Part shown: piece after piece, positions 28,860-35,192 of the stretch
How the letters are laid out: every line of letters begins with the position of its first letter
How positions within the stretch are numbered: the first letter of the stretch is position 1
Assembly (NCBI GenBank): GCA_038063735.1
Contig: JBBTUN010000005.1
Location: 953-64,952 of the forward strand
DNA length: 64,000 bases
Direction of reading: 5' to 3'
Source: Patescibacteria group bacterium
Lineage (GTDB): Bacteria; Patescibacteriota; Microgenomatia; Curtissbacterales; GWA2-41-24
Notes under the pieces: model-generated
Database searches by the model: none
What the model saw: the letters and a program-made list of their open reading frames with translations, nothing else
What the model was told of the DNA's origin: nothing
Position numbers and translations under genes: made by a program

Positions 28860-29880
28860 TTTTAATGGCGACAACACAACCAACTATACCTGGGTCTGTT
28901 CTCGTCCTTTGTGCTTCAAAGGCACTACCTTCATACAAATTAGGCATATCGGAATTAATTTCAACGTTGAAATTCTGAAGTAAACCATTAATGCGCTCCA
29001 GCGCCCTCACTCGTTTTGTGTACTCTTGAAGGGAATTTCCTGTTCCCACAGTTATCAGCAAACAACCGTTTGGTTTTAATTTTCCCAAAAACGTTTTCAA
29101 AAGCTTATCAACTTTTCTGTCTTGCTCTCTTCTCTCTTTCCTTTTTACTACTGCGTTTGGGCCTTGAGGATAAATTATTTCTGGATCCATTCTGTTCCAA
29201 AAAATAGTCTGCAAATCGCCCGGGATCAATTCTTTTGTTAGAGCCTCTCCCAGGGATGTGCCAATAAAGAATACTTTATCCTCAGGAACTCCAAAATTTT
29301 TATTAGCTTCATCAAACGCGGAAAGATTTCTTAAGTTTGGCTCAACAGCCACTGCTTGACCACCTACAACAGCGGGTTTTTTATCAAGCCCTGCAAAGGT
29401 ATTAGCAATGGCAACAAAAGCTGCATCTGCTCTGCTAAGAATAGCTACTATGGACTCCTTGCTGGGTGCCTCAATGTAACAGGCAAGGACCTCCGGAGTA
29501 GTTTTTCCTGATCCTATAAAAGCTTTGTCTCCACCTCTTGGGCTGCCAGTAGCAAGCTCAACAGTTCTTACAAATAAGTAAAAGTTAGCAAAATGCGGAA
29601 AGGATGCAGCAATTAGAGGATATTCAACTTCGATGGCAGAGATTTCCAGCTCTGAACGTTTTTTCGCTTCTGCAGCACTTAATTTTTCTCGTTCAAATAA
29701 GTAGTCATATTGGTGAGGGTTTTTTACGAGAGCTCGGTTTATTGAAGCCAGTCTGTGTATACTCTCTGCTGATACTGCTGCCCGAACATTATCTACATTA
29801 GTATTATCAACGCCTAAAAAACTCTCGTGAGGTACAAATAACCCATGCGATGAAAGCTCGCTCCGTTTCCTGTCAGACAT
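28852..29880 (-). CDS. hypothetical cassette protein with P-loop-like 'AFIGSGKTT' motif
   Basis: 342-aa ORF flanked by repeats X1 and X2. The Walker-A-like motif is the only recognisable feature. Confidence 0.5.
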   Translation of the reverse strand: MSDRKRSELSSHGLFVPHESFLGVDNTNVDNVRAAVSAESIHRLASINRALVKNPHQYDYLFEREKLSAAEAKKRSELEISAIEVEYPLIAASFPHFANFYLFVRTVELATGSPRGGDKAFIGSGKTTPEVLACYIEAPSKESIVAILSRADAAFVAIANTFAGLDKKPAVVGGQAVAVEPNLRNLSAFDEANKNFGVPEDKVFFIGTSLGEALTKELIPGDLQTIFWNRMDPEIIYPQGPNAVVKRKERREQDRKVDKLLKTFLGKLKPNGCLLITVGTGNSLQEYTKRVRALERINGLLQNFNVEINSDMPNLYEGSAFEAQRTRTDPGIVGCVVAIKTR

Positions 29881-29920
29881 AAGCGCAGATTATACAACAA
29901 GTCTCCGGAAAGATTAATGT

Positions 29921-30056
29921 GGCCCCACCATTTTCGCCCTCCTCCACTCTTCGAGCTTCGGATGGTTAAACAGTGTTTATCCTGAGCGATGGTGAGTGAA
30001 ATCGAACCAGAGTCGAAGGAGAACCAAGTATTCTCCGAACGAATTTAATATTCAGG
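29921..30056. repeat. cassette-boundary repeat X2 (long form)
   Basis: About 60 nt nearly identical to X1 (4 mismatches in 'TGTTTAYCCTGAGCRATGGTGAGTGAAATCGAACCAGAGTCGAAGGAGAAYCAAGTATT'), plus the shared 5' 'CCCACSATTTTCGCCC' block. Confidence 0.7.
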
Positions 30057-30063
30057 TTCCTCA

Positions 30064-30357
30064 TTGTCTACAGTGATTGGAACAATTCTTGAAAAGTTGA
30101 TGTATAATATTCGTATGAAAACATATATAACATCTAGTCCTGAAATAATGTCGGGTGCACCTGTTATTGTCGGCACTCGTGTCCCTGTCGCCCGAATTGT
30201 TTATCTTTTGAAGGATGGTTTTACGATGGAGCAAATAAGCAAACAATTTCCGCATGTCGGTCTAAAAAGATTGCGGGGTGCCGTGAATGACTTGGCTAAA
30301 AAAGTAGAAACTATTCCTTATGGTACGCAAATTTCACAAACACAAGCTACTGCTTGA
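30064..30357 (+). CDS. DUF433 domain protein (antitoxin-like)
   Basis: 'ITSSPEIMSGAPVIVGTRVPVARIVYLLKDGFTMEQISKQFP' matches the DUF433 pattern. The true start is probably the internal 'MKTYITSS'. Confidence 0.7.
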   Translation: MSTVIGTILEKLMYNIRMKTYITSSPEIMSGAPVIVGTRVPVARIVYLLKDGFTMEQISKQFPHVGLKRLRGAVNDLAKKVETIPYGTQISQTQATA

Positions 30358-30682
30358 TGAAGGGTTCCCTGTCCGTTCTTATTGCCCTATTTTGAATAGA
30401 CGCTTTGATGTTAAGCATATTACCCAAGATTTTAAACAAGTAAGTTTATCAGACAAACAAGTACACGAATTTGCGGCAGAACACAACAGGATTGTCGTGA
30501 CATTAAATATTAAAGACTTTAAACCGCTTTCCCCAACAAACAAAAATACGGGAATAATCGGTGTTTCAGCAGGATTACAGTTTAAACAAGTTGATAGAAA
30601 ACTTACTGCGCTTTTGAATAAATCTACTAAAAAACAGCTGTTGGGCAAACTTACCATTATAAGTGGCGAATCACAAAAGTAA
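30320..30682 (+). CDS. DUF5615 (PIN-like / Mut7-C-like) domain protein (toxin-like)
   Basis: 'KLLLDEGFP...HITQD...NRIVVTLNIKDF' matches the DUF5615 pattern. Overlaps the DUF433 gene, the usual two-gene arrangement. Confidence 0.7.
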   Translation: MVRKFHKHKLLLDEGFPVRSYCPILNRRFDVKHITQDFKQVSLSDKQVHEFAAEHNRIVVTLNIKDFKPLSPTNKNTGIIGVSAGLQFKQVDRKLTALLNKSTKKQLLGKLTIISGESQK

Positions 30683-30776
30683 GTTTCGACAAGCTTAACC
30701 TTCATATTTTAGGAAAGACATTAAACCCTAATTGGGTTACGTCACGCACGATAAGTGGTACTTCGACAACGACCTC

Positions 30777-30898
30777 TGTGACCCCACGATTTTCGCAATG
30801 GAACCAGGCATTTGTCGAACTGAAGTCGTTGTATTCAGCTTTGAGCCAGCCTCAAGAGCCGAACTTAAGCTATCTCCAATTGGGAAGTTGAACTACGG
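30777..30898. repeat. cassette-boundary repeat X3 (short form)
   Basis: 'TGTGACCCCACGATTTTCGCAATGGAAC...CTATCTCCAATTGGGAAGTTGAACTACGG' is collinear with X4. The 3' end overlaps the HDAC-like stop codon. Confidence 0.7.
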
Positions 30899-31837
30899 TA
30901 GCCCAGAAAAGAAGCTCTCAGCTAATTTTCCAATACTCTTTGTATCATATCCTCCTTCTTGAACAAATAAAGTAGGGAGGTTTAATGCTGCAATTTTATT
31001 GGCCATTTTTTTATAGAATGGTCTTGTGAGTGAAAATTTACAAATAGGGTCACCAATGTAGGTGTCAAAGCCCAAAGATACTACTAAGTACTCAGGGCTG
31101 AAATTACTTACTTTTTCCAGAGCTTTTATCAAAGTTTGTTGGTATTTTCTCTCTCCAGTATTTAGTGGAAGCGGGAAATTAAAATTGTATCTCTTTCCAT
31201 CGCCTTCACCTTTCTCTCTAGAGTAGCCAGATTTATGAGGAAAAGCAGCTCTTGGTTCTGCATGGATAGAAACAAACAAAATATCTGATCTTTTATAAAA
31301 CATTTCTTGGGTACCGTTGCCGTGATGATAATCGACGTCTAAAACAGCCACCCTGCCCCTTTTCGATAAGTAGTTTGCCGCAATCGCAGCATTGTTGAAA
31401 AAACAATATCCTCCCATCATCGATTTTCTTGCATGATGTCCTGGGGGGCGACAAAGGCTATAAACAAACATTTCTCCCAGTACTAATCTTTTTGCTCCCG
31501 ACAGCGCAACATTCACCGAAGATTTAGCAGCATCGAATGCCCCATGGGTAATGGGTGTATAAGAATCAAAAGAATAACTGTTTAGAAAAAACTCATCATG
31601 TGTTTTTATTGAACTCGACTTAAGGAAATTCAAGTAACGTTTCGTGTGAAGAGATAGTATCCAAGATTCTCTAAAGCTCCATGCTTTGGCAATCATAACG
31701 CCTTGATTTCTCAATTGTCGCAAAATATTTTCAACTCTATCGGGAACTTCTGGGTTATTTATCAACTCACCATTGAATAATTCCTTTTTCGGTGAATGTT
31801 TTTTGTGTAGCGGAGAATAAACAACTCTAATGCTCAT
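30893..31837 (-). CDS. histone deacetylase / acetoin utilisation (AcuC) family amidohydrolase
   Basis: 'CRPPGHHA', 'VLDVDYHHGNGTQ', 'VSLGFD', 'QEGGYD' (HDAC/arginase-deacetylase fold). Confidence 0.85.
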   Translation of the reverse strand: MSIRVVYSPLHKKHSPKKELFNGELINNPEVPDRVENILRQLRNQGVMIAKAWSFRESWILSLHTKRYLNFLKSSSIKTHDEFFLNSYSFDSYTPITHGAFDAAKSSVNVALSGAKRLVLGEMFVYSLCRPPGHHARKSMMGGYCFFNNAAIAANYLSKRGRVAVLDVDYHHGNGTQEMFYKRSDILFVSIHAEPRAAFPHKSGYSREKGEGDGKRYNFNFPLPLNTGERKYQQTLIKALEKVSNFSPEYLVVSLGFDTYIGDPICKFSLTRPFYKKMANKIAALNLPTLFVQEGGYDTKSIGKLAESFFSGLP

Positions 31838-32835
31838 CTTAGTACCTCCTTCGTGTCTGGTCTTGAGTAGTATTTTTCAATATTTTCAGGAGGTAGGTGC
31901 ATAAAGGTGAAGTCCCTGAGGCCTTTGGGATCAATGCCGTCATTTACTTCAACGTTTTGACAAAGTATTTGCGGAAAGCTATTCTGGTCGTACCTTCTTT
32001 CTGGGACAACAAAGCCTGCTCCATTTGCCGCTCTATCTGAGCGTGACATAAAATTACACTCGGCAAAAATCAGGAATTCTTTTCCTCGTAAATCCCTGAT
32101 GACCTGCGAATTTAGGTGAGCTATGGTTGCAGTTATAAATCCTTGATTTTCATAGCCCTCCAGAGTCTTCCATTCTGTATTTTCAATTAAGTCGACATAC
32201 CCACTACTTGTTCTTAATCTCAATTTTTCTGCCATAGCAGCAGCTACTATCACTCCATCTTTTGTCGCTGAGCTAAACCAAAGCGACCTTCCAATACCAC
32301 GTTCTATATCGCCGTTTAGTCTTCTCCTTAAAGCAGTGATTTCTTCGCCAGACCATCCAAATGTTCGTGACCACAGATTAAGTAGTTGAGCTTCTTGCTC
32401 AGCTGTAAAGGTTGAATTGAAACTGACACCCAAATCCTCAAGCAACCTAACTCTTTCGAATGCACGTCTTGGCTTGTTAACGTAACTGCTAGTTTCTTTC
32501 ACCATTTGAGCTACAGGCACGATAGGTTTTCGACTAACACCATTGTGGGCAGCTAAAATTATCCAGTCATTACCAAATGGCACTATAACTTCAATTTCAG
32601 AAGCAACCTCGGCTGGCATTTTTTGAAAGACATCGTTTGTGACCAGTGATCTAAAAACGACTCGAGAAATCCCGGCTAGTGAGCCTAAATTTCTCAAACG
32701 TCCATAAGCTCGCGACAAAATATCAGGGTTATCTATTGGTGCGCCTTTCCAGTTCCAATAAAGCCTGTCAAAGCCTCTCCGTTTTAAACCAGCCTCTCCT
32801 GTGCTTGAAAAAATTTGTTCTTGTTCTTTTGTCAT
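31834..32835 (-). CDS. hypothetical protein co-transcribed with the HDAC-like gene (weak GNAT-like 'RGIGRSL' motif)
   Basis: Its stop overlaps the downstream HDAC-like gene's start codon by 4 nt (ATGA). No firm family. 'DIERGIGRSLWF' is reminiscent of the acyl-CoA-binding motif A of GNAT acetyltransferases. Confidence 0.5.
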   Translation of the reverse strand: MTKEQEQIFSSTGEAGLKRRGFDRLYWNWKGAPIDNPDILSRAYGRLRNLGSLAGISRVVFRSLVTNDVFQKMPAEVASEIEVIVPFGNDWIILAAHNGVSRKPIVPVAQMVKETSSYVNKPRRAFERVRLLEDLGVSFNSTFTAEQEAQLLNLWSRTFGWSGEEITALRRRLNGDIERGIGRSLWFSSATKDGVIVAAAMAEKLRLRTSSGYVDLIENTEWKTLEGYENQGFITATIAHLNSQVIRDLRGKEFLIFAECNFMSRSDRAANGAGFVVPERRYDQNSFPQILCQNVEVNDGIDPKGLRDFTFMHLPPENIEKYYSRPDTKEVLR

Positions 32836-32842
32836 TTTTTAC

Positions 32843-32880
32843 CACTAAAAAACCCCTCATGTGAGGGGCTATCCTTTTTG
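32843..32880 (-). terminator. hairpin CCCCTC-atgt-GAGGGG followed by a T-run on both strands (intrinsic-terminator-like), 10 nt upstream of the 32835 start codon
   Basis: 6-bp GC stem with a 4-nt loop at 32853-32868. The minus strand has TTTTTT immediately 3' and the plus strand has TTTTT 5 nt 3'. Confidence 0.5.
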
Positions 32881-33096
32881 TGAAATTTAGTCTAAAACTA
32901 GTCCACAACCAAGACGCCCCTGTTGGGGTTTTTCTTGGTTTTGTTTTTAGAAACTAAATAAATAGCCATTTAATGTTTGAATAGTAACAAATACTAATGA
33001 ACATAGTCAAATCTTTTGAGGCTAAAGTCTATTAAACCAAAGAGCTACTCGAACATTTTAGCTTCAAAAAATGTTAAATGGTTTTTAATTTGAGGC

Positions 33097-33219
33097 TGTG
33101 TGCCCACGATTTTCGCAATGGAACTTGGTATTCTCTGAACCCAAATCATTATACTCAAGCCTAAACGTGCCTACCAAAAAATGAACTTGGCTACCTCCCA
33201 CTGGGAAGTTGAACTATAG
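33097..33219. repeat. cassette-boundary repeat X4 (short form)
   Basis: 'TGTGTGCCCACGATTTTCGCAATGGAACTTGGTATTCTCTGAACCCAAATCATTATACTCAAGC...TCCCACTGGGAAGTTGAACTATAG'. Internal direct repeat 'AATGGAACTTGGTATTCTC' / 'AATGAACTTGGCTACCTC'. Confidence 0.7.
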
Positions 33220-33226
33220 TTTTAAT

Positions 33227-33481
33227 TTACCTTGAAAGAGAAAAGACCCAAGGCTTTAATTTATCCTTAGTTTCTTCTACCTCAATTACCTTTTTACCTG
33301 ATTTCAAAAGTGATTTGATCAAGTTCTGATTTTCTTCATTAAGTTCCTCATCATCAGCTGAAAATACCACATAAGAAGTATCTTTTTTTAAGTTCTTTAC
33401 CTCATCTGGATTTTTTTGCAGATAGTCTGCTAACCTGGCAGAAAGATTAATATTTTTTTGTATTTGTGTATTCTTACTCAT
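33227..33481 (-). CDS. small acidic hypothetical protein (antitoxin-like partner)
   Basis: 84-aa ORF located 70 nt 3' of the next gene and abutting X4. Confidence 0.4.
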   Translation of the reverse strand: MSKNTQIQKNINLSARLADYLQKNPDEVKNLKKDTSYVVFSADDEELNEENQNLIKSLLKSGKKVIEVEETKDKLKPWVFSLSR

Positions 33482-33551
33482 TTGACTTCAGGGGAGGAAT
33501 TATACAACATTTTAAATAGTAAACTATGAGTAATAAAATTATAATAACACA

Positions 33552-34034
33552 TTATTTTCTCTTTTTGTTACTTTTCTTGAGGCTATTTAAATAGCCATTT
33601 TTATAATTTAAATACCTATTACTAATATCTTTCACGGCCCAAGTTAACCAATCATTAGAACCACCTTTTTTGATTACACCCACTGTGTTAGTAATTGGTT
33701 CACCGGATCTGAGTCTACTGTGACGGTGAAGAAAACCATGTTCACTATCATATCTACAAAGAGTTTTCCACTTACCTTTGATTAATGTTTCGTACGAGAC
33801 ATTAATAACTTCGCTTACTTCGTTATTGACATCTAGCTGATAAATATATGTAACTCTGTCTGTTCTATCAGAGCTCAACATAAATTGTTGACCTTTCTGG
33901 CTCTTAGGTAATTTAGACAGATCAGGGGTTGCGAGTTCTAGATTTTTCTGTCGTTTAACTAAATGTTTTACAGTCTCTTGCTTTGAAAGTACGACAAACG
34001 ATTTTCTCGGATTCCGATGTGTTCTTCTCCCCAC
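33552..34034 (-). CDS. basic hypothetical protein with C/H cluster 'CRYDSEHGFLHRH'
   Basis: 160-aa ORF 52 nt from tRNA-Glu. No family recognised. Confidence 0.45.
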   Translation of the reverse strand: MGRRTHRNPRKSFVVLSKQETVKHLVKRQKNLELATPDLSKLPKSQKGQQFMLSSDRTDRVTYIYQLDVNNEVSEVINVSYETLIKGKWKTLCRYDSEHGFLHRHSRLRSGEPITNTVGVIKKGGSNDWLTWAVKDISNRYLNYKNGYLNSLKKSNKKRK

Positions 34035-34085
34035 AATATTTAAGATTATAAAGTATTTTACGTGGTATAAACAAAATAAGTTCTG

Positions 34086-34157
34086 TGGCCCTACGGGGAG
34101 TCGAACCCCGCTTTGGACCTTGAAAGGGTCCCGTCCTAACCGATAGACGATAGGGCC
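34086..34157 (-). tRNA. tRNA-Glu (anticodon UUC)
   Basis: Minus-strand sequence GGCCCTA-T-CGTC...GACG-G-GGACC-CTTTCAA-GGTCC-AAAG-CGGGG-TTCGACT-CCCCG-TAGGGCC-A folds as a cloverleaf with a 7-bp acceptor stem. CCA is not encoded. Confidence 0.85.
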
Positions 34158-34288
34158 TCACTACGTTCAGCCCTGATTCTCGCTTTGCTCAAAATAGGGC
34201 CAAAACATCAAAACAAAGCTAGGAAATTTTACCACAAAACGCACTCCAACGTTTACCACCGATCTATCAGGACCACCCATCTACCCGA

Positions 34289-34969
34289 CTACTTCTTAAA
34301 CTTTTCCCAAGCCATTTCTAAAATGTTTTTAGCCGTACTTTGGCCACCGAGTCCAAAGGCAAGGCCACCCGCAACCGCAAACATAGCAACAACTCCCGCA
34401 AACAGAATTCTCAAAAGCTCCGGCGCAACACCAAGCTGATGAAGAACCAAAAATGCAACAAAAATCATAATAGACCATTGTGCAATCAAACCAACCGTGT
34501 GCGAAAGGTTTTTACCCATATTCTGGCTTGCTCCATGAGCCAAGCGATAACCCAGTTTTGCCATCATCAGGCCGACCATTGCCAAAATTACGGCTACAAT
34601 TACGTTTGGTATATAAAGGATTACGCGGTTTAAGACTGTATTTACAGCATCCAGCTTCCAAACCTGCAACGTTGGAACCAAAAAGACAAGGATTACAGCC
34701 CACCTTGCAAGTTCTGCAAGAATCTCGCTCCACTCAACGTCGTGCCCTTCAAATTCCACAATACCGTAACGCGCCAGGAGCTTTTCCAGTTGAATTACTT
34801 TTAAAATACCAAAAATTACGCGATAAACAACTGCAGCAACAATTAAACTAACGAGCAAAATAATTAAACCCCCGACCAAATTTGGAATAAAAGTAATAAA
34901 AGATGCTAGAGAACTTATAACAGCAGTAGAAACTGCTGTCGATAATTCTTCGACTATCAAATTAATCAC
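34289..34969 (-). CDS. membrane protein with conserved TM helix repeats (MscS-N-terminal-like)
   Basis: Repeated 'LxxLxIxxxxG' helices and a fully hydrophobic profile. Confidence 0.5.
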   Translation of the reverse strand: MINLIVEELSTAVSTAVISSLASFITFIPNLVGGLIILLVSLIVAAVVYRVIFGILKVIQLEKLLARYGIVEFEGHDVEWSEILAELARWAVILVFLVPTLQVWKLDAVNTVLNRVILYIPNVIVAVILAMVGLMMAKLGYRLAHGASQNMGKNLSHTVGLIAQWSIMIFVAFLVLHQLGVAPELLRILFAGVVAMFAVAGGLAFGLGGQSTAKNILEMAWEKFKK

Positions 34970-35093
34970 CCCCTTTCACAAAATATCTCACCTAACCTTA
35001 TTAAAGGTAAACAATCGGAATAAATCAAATTACATTGAACAAACAGGCGAAATTATATATAATTTAGTGTCTTAATCCAGCAAGCACAATAAA

Positions 35094-35169
35094 CGGGTCT
35101 GTAGCTCAACAGGTAGAGCAGTTGCCTTTTAAGCAATTGGTTGAGGGTTCGAGTCCCTCCGGACCCACC
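35094..35169 (+). tRNA. tRNA-Lys (anticodon UUU), CCA encoded
   Basis: GGGTCTG-TA-GCTC-AACAGGTA-GAGC-A-GTTGC-CTTTTAA-GCAAT-TGGTT-GAGGG-TTCGAGT-CCCTC-CGGACCC-A-CCA cloverleaf. Confidence 0.85.
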
Positions 35170-35192
35170 AAGGTACAAATTACTTTCCCTCT

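Noticed and set aside
28751-30012. X1/X2 core as a pseudo-tRNA or tRNA-derived att site, because of 'AAATCGAACC' (reverse complement of a T-loop-like GGTTCGATTT)
   Set aside because: Neither strand can be folded into a T-arm with a complementary stem or into a cloverleaf. Similarity to the 3' end of the adjacent tRNA-Glu is limited to 'GAGTCGAA'.
30732-30962. 76-aa ORF 'MGYVTHDKWYF...' on the plus strand
   Set aside because: It lies entirely over repeat X3 and the 3' end of the HDAC-like gene, so it is most likely a chance ORF.
32820-32890. Plus-strand terminator for an upstream plus-strand gene
   Set aside because: The nearest upstream plus-strand gene ends at 30682, with a minus-strand operon in between. 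The hairpin is functionally relevant to the minus strand.
28603-34160. CRISPR array
   Set aside because: The repeats are 120-140 nt, imperfect, and separated by 0.8-2.3 kb of protein-coding DNA. That does not match 25-40 nt regular repeats with short spacers.
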